Shown here: positions 39,628-48,764 of the stretch, piece after piece
How the letters are laid out: each line of letters begins with the position of its first letter
Numbering within the stretch: the stretch's first letter is position 1
The notes under the pieces: generated by a model
Told to the model about the DNA's origin: nothing
What the model saw: only the letters and a program-made list of their open reading frames with translations
The model's database searches: none
Position numbers and translations under genes: made by a program
Source: Candidatus Eiseniibacteriota bacterium
Lineage (GTDB): Bacteria > Eisenbacteria > RBG-16-71-46 > CAIMUX01 > WJJG01
Length of the DNA: 64,000 nt
NCBI GenBank assembly: GCA_030628905.1
Contig: DAOVQB010000002.1
Coordinates: forward strand, 839-64,838
Direction: 5' to 3'

Positions 39628-41787
39628 ATGCAGACGCTCGACCTCGCATCTTCCAGTTCCGGAGTCCATCTGATCCGCAAGGAGACGGTTCTGCCAGCCG
39701 GATCCCATGAGGTCTCGGCAGAGATCGTCATCCTCCCGGGTGCAAAACTCGTGATTGAGCCGGAGACGGCACTCCACTTCGCGGCGGGCATCGGTCTCAC
39801 AGTCATGGGCACACTACAGGCCGTCGGATCCGTAGACAAGAAGATCACCTTCGAGGGACAAAGCTGGCCGGGGGTCACGTTCATAGGCTCGGAGATAAAA
39901 GATTCCCACATCGCGCACGCCAGCATTACACGTGCAAGGGGACGGGCCTGGGCGGGCGAGTTTAGCCAGCACGGCATTCCCGTCTATGGCATGGCATCTA
40001 CGGATACGAATGTTGTTGGCGCCGCCATCCAGATACACGGCAGCAGCACCTGTCTGATCCTACTCACAGACATGCTCTTCAAAGGCAATGGCTTCAATGC
40101 AGATGGCGGTGCGGTTTTCGTCAAGCAATCCACCGTAGAATTCAATCGCTGTTCGTTTGAGTCCAACTTCGCCGGCAACGGCGGGGCCCTGCATTTGGTC
40201 AACTCCTCTGCTGTACTCGAATCATGCACGTTCGCCGAAAATGGCAGTGAGGGAGCGACTGGAACCGGTGGTGCCATCTTCGCAAGTGATTCCTCGGGCC
40301 ATATTGGGTTGTGCAAGTTCAATAGAAACGCCAGTTACGACGGTGCGGCTATCGTCTGCCACAACTCGACCCCCTCGATCCGATCCTGCACCTTCAACGA
40401 AAACAGTGCCATCAATAATGGCGGTGCGATCAAGTGTACTGGTACGTCCATGCCGCAGATACTGCGCTGTTCGTTTGCGGGGAATAAGGCCGGCGCTTGT
40501 GGCGGTGCAATCCACGTCACAATCGACGGCCGGCGGCCGTTACAAATGAGCCGCAGCACATTCGAGGACAACACCTCCGGACAAGAGGGCGGGGCTCTCT
40601 TCTGTGATGCCGATTCACATGCACAGCTCTCGGGTTGTCGTTTCCTGCGCAATTGTGTCCAGAAGAAAGCCCACTCCGGCGGTGGTGGGGCCATCTATTG
40701 TGAAAAGGGTTCGCATCTCAACATTGACTCCAGCGGCTTCGAGGACAATCAGGCAGTGCGCGGTGGAGCCATCGCCTTCAGCAACGCCGAATCCGTGACT
40801 TCCGCGGGCACTACATTGGTCACGCTCAAGGACGCATTCTTCAAGCGCAACCTAGCGTCAGCAATGGGAGGAGCGCTATGCGTCAGCCAGGACAGCAGTC
40901 TTGACATAAGCGCCAATTGCGCATTCCTCGACAACGAGGCGCTACAGGCAGGAGGTGCCATCTCCAGTGGCAAAGGATCCAAGGTGCTTGTCTGTGCTAC
41001 GGAGTTCCACCGCAACAAGGCTCCATCCGGCGGCGCTGTGGATTTACGCGGACAACGGAGTCGGTTGGATGCATGCATTTTCAAAGACAATGAAGCAGGA
41101 AGGACCGGCGGTGCCATCGCCTGCCATTCAACAATGCACGTCCACGCGTGTCAATTCGAGCGCAACGTAGCGCTAGAGATCGGAGGAGGAGCAATCTGGT
41201 GCATAGACACAACGACGATAATTGACACTTGTTCATTCACCAAGAACAGATCGGACGGATCCCTGGTCGGCGGAGCAATCCGATGCCAGGATACGGATGG
41301 AAAGTATCAGACAAGCAACACCTTCTCCAAGAATGTTCCCAACAACGTCTCCTATCAAAAAACATCCTATCCAACCCCAGTTGGACTCAAGTATAAGCGT
41401 ATATTCGAGGACTGTTGGATTGTGACGGCCTACTACGGGAGCCCGCATCATCCGCGTGTTACAGCCATCCGGGGCCTGCGCGACAGGTTGCTTGTATCTC
41501 GCTTCGCAGGGCCTCCAATGACCCTGATCGATTCTCTCTATCGCTCGGTTGGCAAGACCACTATGGGGCAATGGTGGATCTCTAAGCTGGAGGAGCCAGG
41601 CAGCCAACTGCCGCGAGCCGTGACTAGACCGCTCTGTGATGTATTGTATCGCGTCTCTGGGACCTCGCGCCAAGCACCGTCACGCGGGCATGTAAGGGCC
41701 CGCGATGCGCGAGGATTTACGTGTGATCGAGATGCCGCCTCTTTCCCAAAACCTCCCTCAGCATCTGGCCGGTGTGAGACGACTTGA
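39628..41787 (+). CDS. Right-handed parallel beta-helix repeat protein with a distinct ~150-aa C-terminal domain
   Basis: About 20 repeats of Nx(A/S)xxGGAI(xC). No obvious signal peptide. The C-terminus carries CWIVTAYYGSPHHPRVTAIRGLRDRLL. Alternative TTG start at 39613. Confidence 0.7.
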   Translation: MQTLDLASSSSGVHLIRKETVLPAGSHEVSAEIVILPGAKLVIEPETALHFAAGIGLTVMGTLQAVGSVDKKITFEGQSWPGVTFIGSEIKDSHIAHASITRARGRAWAGEFSQHGIPVYGMASTDTNVVGAAIQIHGSSTCLILLTDMLFKGNGFNADGGAVFVKQSTVEFNRCSFESNFAGNGGALHLVNSSAVLESCTFAENGSEGATGTGGAIFASDSSGHIGLCKFNRNASYDGAAIVCHNSTPSIRSCTFNENSAINNGGAIKCTGTSMPQILRCSFAGNKAGACGGAIHVTIDGRRPLQMSRSTFEDNTSGQEGGALFCDADSHAQLSGCRFLRNCVQKKAHSGGGGAIYCEKGSHLNIDSSGFEDNQAVRGGAIAFSNAESVTSAGTTLVTLKDAFFKRNLASAMGGALCVSQDSSLDISANCAFLDNEALQAGGAISSGKGSKVLVCATEFHRNKAPSGGAVDLRGQRSRLDACIFKDNEAGRTGGAIACHSTMHVHACQFERNVALEIGGGAIWCIDTTTIIDTCSFTKNRSDGSLVGGAIRCQDTDGKYQTSNTFSKNVPNNVSYQKTSYPTPVGLKYKRIFEDCWIVTAYYGSPHHPRVTAIRGLRDRLLVSRFAGPPMTLIDSLYRSVGKTTMGQWWISKLEEPGSQLPRAVTRPLCDVLYRVSGTSRQAPSRGHVRARDARGFTCDRDAASFPKPPSASGRCETT

Positions 41788-44700
41788 TCGTTGCTAGTGT
41801 TTCCGGTGTTCCACGCGCAACCACAGTGCCACCGCCGTCTCCGCCTTCCGGTCCGAGGTCGATCACCCAATCGGCCCTCTTGACAACATCCGGATGATGC
41901 TCGATGACGATGACCGTATGCCCGCCATCGACGAGTCGATCGAAGACGGACAACAGCCGGACTGTGTCGTCGAAATGCAGACCTGTGGTCGGCTCATCAA
42001 ATAGATATAGATTACCGAGCGCAGCTTTTTCCGCACATCCGCCCCGATCCGTAATCCCACGCCCGACAGGGCGGGAAACCCCACCCCTTCTACAGCCGGC
42101 ATTCTGGCTCCGGCTCAGCGGAGCGTCCTTTCCGCCAATCAGTTCTGTGACCAGCTTGAGGCGTTGGGACTCTCCCCCCGAGAGGGTCGTGGCTGGCTGG
42201 CCAAGCCGGAGATATCCCAGCCCAACTTCCTCCAGGATCAGCAGCGGCTGCACGACTCCATCCGTGTCACCGAAGACCCCCAATGCCTCGCTGACCGTCA
42301 TTTCCAGTACATCCGCGATCGACGCTCCGTGGTAGGTGCACTCGAGCGTCTCTTCGTTGTAGCGCTTCCCATGACACTCCTCACAGCGAATCCAGATATC
42401 CGCGAGGAAATCCATGCTCACCTTGATGCGCCCCATCCCTTGGCATCTCTCGCAGCGCCCACCTCGTGTGTTGAAAGAGAACCGGGCCTTGCGATATCCG
42501 CGTGCCTGCGCGCAATCCGTCTCCGCAAAGAGACCGCGAATATGATCAAAGATGCCTGAGTACGTGGCCGGATTACTGGCGGGCGTGGATCCGATCGGAG
42601 TCTGATCCAGACTTAGCACCCTCCGAAAGCGCTCCATTCCCTCAAGACCCGCACAGCCAACCGGTGCCCCTCTATCACAGGAAGCCATTAGTACATCAAA
42701 TATAAGGGAGGATTTGCCGCTGCCTGACACACCAGTGATCGCGATTATCCCGCCAGATGGGATCTCAATGTCGAAGCCGTGTAAGTTGTTTGCGGATGCC
42801 CGGGTGATTGTAATGCCTTCTCCAAGGCAGCGGCGCCTTTCTGAAACCGGTATGGCACTCTCCTCTCTTAGATAGTACCCGGTCCGCGAGGCAGGATTGT
42901 CCATGATAGCATCAACGCTTCCCTCGGCGACAATCCGCCCACCGTGTCTGCCGCCGCCTGGCCCGAGATCGATCACATAGTCGGCCGCTCGAATCACGCT
43001 GGCGTCATGCTCCACGACGACTACTGTGTTCTCTGCAGCGCACAGGCCCTTCAGGGTCTTGATCAGTCTCTGTGTATCACAAGCGTGTAGCCCAATGGTG
43101 GGCTCATCTAAAACATACGTGACCCCGCAGAGTCCGGACCCGAGCTGCGTTGCCAGGCGGACACGCTGGGCTTCACCCCCAGATAGCGTGGCGGCACTGC
43201 GATCGAGGCTCAGATACCCCAGACCGACATCCACCAAGGACTGGAGCCGTTTGGCAACCTCCTGGCGGATCTCCGCTGTGACACTCAACTGGCGGTGATC
43301 CACTCCGTGATCAGCCGGCTCGGCTTCCAGGGCGGAAAGCATCCGGAGAGTAGCCGCAATGGACATGCTGCTTAGCGCCGCGATGTTGAGACCGGCAAAG
43401 CGCACGCAGCGCGCAGCGCGGTTGAGCCGCTCTCCGTGGCACTCGGGACAGACCTCATCCTTCATCACACCCCTCATGGCCTCGCCTCTGTGATCGGCAT
43501 GCTTGCGCTCATATTCCTCGTTGACATAGTGCGAGAATCCACGCCATGTTGTCTCCCAGGTGTATTGGCCCTCCCGCTTCTCGCGCTTGAAATGCCATGT
43601 CACCTGGTAGGCCTTCTCGCCAGTTCCGTACATGGCGATCTTGCGCGCCCGTGCATCGAGCTGCTTCCAGGGAACATGTAAGTCAATCCCGCAGTCCGCC
43701 TCGACTGCGGTCAATATCGCAAGATGCTGCCCCTTGGGATCTCCGTAGTATCTCCCTGTCTTATGCCCGGAGATGGCCCCCTCGAAAAGGGACCGGTTCG
43801 GATCCGTAATCAATCTGTCTGGGTCACAGACCGTGATCACTCCAAGCCCCTTGCAGGACGGACACGCACCCTGGTGCTGATTGAAGGAGAACATCCTGGC
43901 CATCAAGCTCTCACAGTCCGGGCAGTGGGCCCTTCCGGCTCTGGCATAGAGGAGTCGGTAGTACTCGTAGATCTCGGTTATGGTCCCCACCGTGGAGCGT
44001 GGATTCCGCGACGCCACCCTCTGACTGATCGCAATCGTGGGGGTCAGCCCCGAGGCCTCCTCGATCTGTGCTTCTGCAGATCTGCCCAGAAAACGGCGTG
44101 CAAAGGTTGGGAGGGACTCCCTGAAGCGCCTCTGCCCCTCAGCAAAAATGGTATCAAATGCGAGGGAAGATTTGCCGCTGCCCGAGACCCCGGTGATCAC
44201 GGTTATACGGTTCGCTGGAATGCTGACATCGATCCCCTTCAGATTGTGTGTCGAGATACCCCCCAAGCGGATTGGAGGAGGAGTGTAATCAGCATGAGGA
44301 GTGTGAGCAGTGTAGTGGGTAGTGCCTGGGGATTCGATGGTGCGCGCGGAGTAAGGTTCCGTATGCCGCTTGCTGGGAGCCTTCGGCGTGGACCGCAATT
44401 GGCAGGGCGCGGATTCGATTCCCTGCCACCCTCTCGCCCTGAGAGCTGCCCCGGTGTGGGAAGCCTCAACCGCAGATATCGCTTCCGGTGTTCCCGCTGC
44501 TACCAGCTTCCCGCCACAATCGCCACCCTCCGGTCCCAGGTCAATGACCCAGTCGGCCACTTTCACAAATTCCAGGTTGTGCTCAACTGCGATGACCGTG
44601 TTCCCGCTGTCCACCAGACGGTTGAGTGCATCAAGCAGGATTTCAATATCCGCCAGATGTAGCCCCGTTGTCGGCTCATCTAGAATGTAGAGCGTTTTCC

Positions 44701-47269
44701 CCGTGGATGGCCGGCCCAGTTCAGAAGCCAATTTGATCCGTTGGGCCTCTCCACCAGACAGCGTGGTGGATGGCTGTCCAAGGGACAGATAGCCCAACCC
44801 GACATCGCGCATGGCACACAGAATACGAGCCATCTTGGGTTGATCAGCGAAGAAGCGGTATGCCTCCTCGACAGGCAGCTCCAACACATCGAGAATACTC
44901 TTGCCTTTGTGATGGATCGTGAGTGTATCTTCGTTGAAGCGTCGTCCGCCGCACTCCTCGCAGACGACGTCAACATCACCCATGAAATGCATCCCGATCA
45001 CCTGAACGCCGGCGCCCTGACATGCCTCACACCGTCCGCCCTTCACATTGATTGAGAACCGGCCCTTCTTCCAGCCGCGCTGCTTCGACTCCGGTAGCGA
45101 GGCAAATAGCGCACGCACATGGTCGAACAGGTTCGTGTAGGTTGCAGGATTGCTCCGCGGTGTCCGTCCGATCGGGAACTGATCGATGTCGATGATCTTG
45201 TCGATGAACTCCGCCCCCCGGATCCCGACATGGCGACCCGGCTGCACACTCGCTCCATGTAGGCTACGGCGCAGGGATCGCGCCAGGATGCCCTCAATTA
45301 AGGTCGATTTGCCTGAGCCGGACACGCCGGTAACGACGTTGAACGCGCCCAACCGAAACGACACATCGATTCCCTTCAGATTGTGTTCACTCGCACCAAG
45401 GACTTCCAGGAACCGGCCATTTCCCGGCCGCCGCTTCGCGGGAATTGGGATCTGGCTCTCACCTGACACGTAGGCTCTCGTACGGCTCATCCTCAGGGAA
45501 TCCGTACTGAGGAGATCCCCCGCCTTCCCGCTGAAGAGGATCCGGCCTCCCTTATCCCCAGCCCCGGGGCCCATATCGACTAGCCAGTCGGCACTTCGAA
45601 TCGTGTTCTCATCGTGTTCCACAACTAAGACGGTATTGCCGTTGTCACGAAGCAAGGCCAGTATCTCCAATAGGCGTCGGTTGTCTCGTGGATGCAAGCC
45701 GATAGAGGGTTCGTCCAGAACATAGAGAATCCCACGCAGGCGTGTCCCCGCCTGCGTGGCCAGCCTAACTCGTTGAGCTTCGCCACCAGATAGTGTCGTG
45801 GACCGCCGATTGAGCGTCAGATGGCCCAGGCCGAGCTGCTGCAATAGAATGGTGCGCTTCTGCATCTCACGGACAATCGGCCCCCCTATGGGAGCATCGG
45901 AGGGCGCAAAGTGCAGCCTGTCCAAGAAGGATGCCAACGCATCCAGCGACATCGCGTCTATGTCGGAGATCGTATGACCCTCAAATGTTACGGACAATGC
46001 CTCCTTACGCAGACGGGTTCCTTGGCAGGCCCCACATGGCACCGATCTGGCAAAGCGCAGGATGTTCTTGTTCCGGTGACGCTTCAGGATCTCTTCCATG
46101 ATCGGGACAATTCCCTTGTAATAACCCTCCTCCCGCGGCTTGGGCGTGATCCCGCTCCATTTCATGCGGGATTCAAGCGGGTGCTTCCCAAAGGGAATCA
46201 TGATTCTATCGGAGCCATGGAGCACGACCTGCTGTTGCTCTTTCGTCAGTTCGCTCCAAGGTATGTCCACACTGAACCCGTGTGCCTGGCAGACCTGATT
46301 GAGTATGTCCAGTGTTACCTGGGAGTAGACGATGTATCCGCTATCCGTGGTCAACGCGAGCGCTCCCTGGCGAAGAGTTCGGCCTGGATCAGCGATGAGG
46401 AGTTCCGGGGCGATGCGATCCTGTACACCAAGCCCCCTGCATGACGGGCAGGCGCCATATTGGGAATTGAACGAGAATAACCGGGGTCCGATTTCGGGAA
46501 ATCCTGCGCCGCACTGCGGGCATGTGTTTGCTGATGAGAATCGCTCGATGCGCTCATTGCACAGAACCTTAAGGACGCGTCCACCTATGCGCAGACTCTG
46601 TTCTATGCCTCTCAGAAGAGTATCATGGTTCCCAACGGACATGGTGATGTGTCCGACCACGACTTCGATTTCGTGCACCTTCTGCGATTCCGGAATAGGC
46701 GTAGGATCAGTAGGCAGGAGTTCGCCGTCGATGCGAACCTCCGAGAATCCATCGCGACGGAGTCTCTCGAGTTCCCTGCGGTACTGTCCCCTGTGACCCT
46801 CTACGATGGGTGCCAAAAGGAGGATCTCCTCGCCCGCAAAGCGCTTGAGCAGCGCCTCGCTGATGCGCTCTGGACTCAGCGCGGCAAGGAGCGCACCGCA
46901 TTCCGGGCAATGCGCCACACCCAGCTTGCCAAAGAGAAGTCGAAGGAAATCGTAGAGCTCAGTCAGCGTACCAAGCGTTGATCGTGGATTGCGAACCACG
47001 GTCTTCTGGTCGATGGAAAGCGTGGGTGACAGCCCGCTGATGTGGTCAACCGCAGGGCGTCCCAGCTTGCCGAGGAACTGCCGGGCATGAGAGGAAAAGG
47101 ATTCTAGATAGCGCCGCTGTCCCTCCCTGCAGATCGTGTCGAACGCCAGGGAGGACTTCCCTGAACCGGAAACCCCTGTAATCACTATCAGGGCATGATG
47201 AGGGAGAGCAACATCAACCGCCTGAAGATTGTGTTCCCGTGCCCCCCGAATGATTATTTGTCCGTTCAC
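41717..47269 (-). CDS. uvrA: Tandem double UvrA (two complete excinuclease ABC subunit A units in one 1850-aa polypeptide)
   Basis: Unit 1 starts MNGQIIIRGAREHNLQAVDVALP...GVSGSGKSSLAFDTI. Unit 2 restarts at IRLGGISTHNLKGIDVSIPANRITVITGVSGSGKSSLAFDTI. There are four Walker A motifs and four LSGGE signatures. Each unit ends with the WV(I/V)DLGPEGG tail. Confidence 0.9.
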   Translation of the reverse strand: MNGQIIIRGAREHNLQAVDVALPHHALIVITGVSGSGKSSLAFDTICREGQRRYLESFSSHARQFLGKLGRPAVDHISGLSPTLSIDQKTVVRNPRSTLGTLTELYDFLRLLFGKLGVAHCPECGALLAALSPERISEALLKRFAGEEILLLAPIVEGHRGQYRRELERLRRDGFSEVRIDGELLPTDPTPIPESQKVHEIEVVVGHITMSVGNHDTLLRGIEQSLRIGGRVLKVLCNERIERFSSANTCPQCGAGFPEIGPRLFSFNSQYGACPSCRGLGVQDRIAPELLIADPGRTLRQGALALTTDSGYIVYSQVTLDILNQVCQAHGFSVDIPWSELTKEQQQVVLHGSDRIMIPFGKHPLESRMKWSGITPKPREEGYYKGIVPIMEEILKRHRNKNILRFARSVPCGACQGTRLRKEALSVTFEGHTISDIDAMSLDALASFLDRLHFAPSDAPIGGPIVREMQKRTILLQQLGLGHLTLNRRSTTLSGGEAQRVRLATQAGTRLRGILYVLDEPSIGLHPRDNRRLLEILALLRDNGNTVLVVEHDENTIRSADWLVDMGPGAGDKGGRILFSGKAGDLLSTDSLRMSRTRAYVSGESQIPIPAKRRPGNGRFLEVLGASEHNLKGIDVSFRLGAFNVVTGVSGSGKSTLIEGILARSLRRSLHGASVQPGRHVGIRGAEFIDKIIDIDQFPIGRTPRSNPATYTNLFDHVRALFASLPESKQRGWKKGRFSINVKGGRCEACQGAGVQVIGMHFMGDVDVVCEECGGRRFNEDTLTIHHKGKSILDVLELPVEEAYRFFADQPKMARILCAMRDVGLGYLSLGQPSTTLSGGEAQRIKLASELGRPSTGKTLYILDEPTTGLHLADIEILLDALNRLVDSGNTVIAVEHNLEFVKVADWVIDLGPEGGDCGGKLVAAGTPEAISAVEASHTGAALRARGWQGIESAPCQLRSTPKAPSKRHTEPYSARTIESPGTTHYTAHTPHADYTPPPIRLGGISTHNLKGIDVSIPANRITVITGVSGSGKSSLAFDTIFAEGQRRFRESLPTFARRFLGRSAEAQIEEASGLTPTIAISQRVASRNPRSTVGTITEIYEYYRLLYARAGRAHCPDCESLMARMFSFNQHQGACPSCKGLGVITVCDPDRLITDPNRSLFEGAISGHKTGRYYGDPKGQHLAILTAVEADCGIDLHVPWKQLDARARKIAMYGTGEKAYQVTWHFKREKREGQYTWETTWRGFSHYVNEEYERKHADHRGEAMRGVMKDEVCPECHGERLNRAARCVRFAGLNIAALSSMSIAATLRMLSALEAEPADHGVDHRQLSVTAEIRQEVAKRLQSLVDVGLGYLSLDRSAATLSGGEAQRVRLATQLGSGLCGVTYVLDEPTIGLHACDTQRLIKTLKGLCAAENTVVVVEHDASVIRAADYVIDLGPGGGRHGGRIVAEGSVDAIMDNPASRTGYYLREESAIPVSERRRCLGEGITITRASANNLHGFDIEIPSGGIIAITGVSGSGKSSLIFDVLMASCDRGAPVGCAGLEGMERFRRVLSLDQTPIGSTPASNPATYSGIFDHIRGLFAETDCAQARGYRKARFSFNTRGGRCERCQGMGRIKVSMDFLADIWIRCEECHGKRYNEETLECTYHGASIADVLEMTVSEALGVFGDTDGVVQPLLILEEVGLGYLRLGQPATTLSGGESQRLKLVTELIGGKDAPLSRSQNAGCRRGGVSRPVGRGITDRGGCAEKAALGNLYLFDEPTTGLHFDDTVRLLSVFDRLVDGGHTVIVIEHHPDVVKRADWVIDLGPEGGDGGGTVVARGTPETLATIKSSHTGQMLREVLGKRRHLDHT

Positions 47270-47320
47270 GAGACCTCAAGTGGCTTTGCACTCGGGCAGG
47301 ATGATATCCCGAGTGGCCTC

Positions 47321-48676
47321 TCACTCGCGCAGGATGACATTCATCTCCTCCAGTGTGATCCCCAGTTCGGTGGCAGTCTGTGCGCGGTCGTTACCATAAT
47401 ACTGCAACATCCGGGCGATGTGCTCGCGCTGGACATCCTCCAGTTTGCGAGGCCGAAAGCCATCTTCGGGACCACGGTCCAGTGAAGCAATCTTACTGCG
47501 GATGTACGGCGGAAGTGAGTCTATCGTGATGATACTGCCCTCCTCGTTGACCACCGAGCCCTCAATAATGTTTCGCAGTTCTTGGATATTGTCTGGGAAG
47601 TCGTACTTGCGTAGGAAATCGAAGAATTCCCCGGAGAAACCAGTGATCTCCTTACCGATTTTCTTGAGGGCCTTCTTGAGAAAGAGATCCGCCAATAGAG
47701 GAAGGTCTTCCATGCGCTCGCGAAAGGGTGGAATTCTGACGGAGTTCACCATCAGATGATAGAGGAGATCGTCATGGAATCTGCCCTTATACGCCGGGTT
47801 CGTCAAGTCGCACGAAGATGCAACAATAAATCGCGCTTCGCTCTTGCGAATTTGAGTGGAGTTCTCCCTGTAGTACTCTCTGGTCTGGAGCACGCGCTTC
47901 AACCTCACTTGCATGGGTACGCTCAGGTGCTCTATCTCACCGAGGAAGAGTGTCCCGTCAATAACCTCCTCGAGAAAGCCAGGACGTTCCTCCCGGTCAC
48001 CGCTCCAGACTCGGCCCTGGCCGAAGAGGGCCGATGAGAACCGGTCCGGGTCCTGTCCGGAGGCGTCGACCGCGACGAATGGCTTCTCCCGCCTCGGACT
48101 TGCGCGATGAATGGCGCGCGCAAGCATTTCCTTGCCGGTCCCTCGCTCCCCCCATATGAGAATATCCAGATCACTCGATGCCATTTTCTCAATCTGGTGC
48201 AGGAAACGGATCATCTCAGAATTCTGCGTCGGGAACAGCTCAAAGGCCTCAGCGAACGTGAGATCCTCACGTTTGAGCTCGATGGGCAGTTGACTAATCG
48301 AATGCCGCAGTTCCTGGTGCTCGAGAGCCGCACCGATAACTTCCAGGAGATGCTCTTCATCCACCGGCTTGGTCAAGTAGTCAAATGCACCAAGCTTCAA
48401 GGACTTGACGGCCAGATCCACGTCGCTCACACCAGTCAGAATGATCACCGGTGTCTTGATACCTCTCTCGTGCATCATCACGAGGATATCCATGCCGCTG
48501 ACATTCGGCATGTCCATGTCCAGCAGGATAAGGTTGAACTCCTGCCTAGAGAGCAGGTCCGAGATCTCTCTCGAATCGTTGACCACCTTTGTCTCAAACT
48601 GCCCGGTCTGCATGAGGAAGACCATCAGGTAATTGGTCACCGCAATGTCGTCATCAACGATAAGGATCGTTGTCAT
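47321..48676 (-). CDS. NtrC-family response regulator (REC + AAA+ + HTH) with a degenerate GAFTGA motif
   Basis: ILLDMDMP REC. IWGERGTGKEMLARAIH Walker A. At the GAFTGA position it reads ALFGQGRVWSGDR. Confidence 0.85.
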   Translation of the reverse strand: MTTILIVDDDIAVTNYLMVFLMQTGQFETKVVNDSREISDLLSRQEFNLILLDMDMPNVSGMDILVMMHERGIKTPVIILTGVSDVDLAVKSLKLGAFDYLTKPVDEEHLLEVIGAALEHQELRHSISQLPIELKREDLTFAEAFELFPTQNSEMIRFLHQIEKMASSDLDILIWGERGTGKEMLARAIHRASPRREKPFVAVDASGQDPDRFSSALFGQGRVWSGDREERPGFLEEVIDGTLFLGEIEHLSVPMQVRLKRVLQTREYYRENSTQIRKSEARFIVASSCDLTNPAYKGRFHDDLLYHLMVNSVRIPPFRERMEDLPLLADLFLKKALKKIGKEITGFSGEFFDFLRKYDFPDNIQELRNIIEGSVVNEEGSIITIDSLPPYIRSKIASLDRGPEDGFRPRKLEDVQREHIARMLQYYGNDRAQTATELGITLEEMNVILRE

Positions 48677-48764
48677 GGTCGCTCTCCATCCTGATCGAAT
48701 CCGTCCTCAAGACCGCAATACACCCGAACTCCAATCAGTGCAAATCGAATGCACTGGCTTTGGC

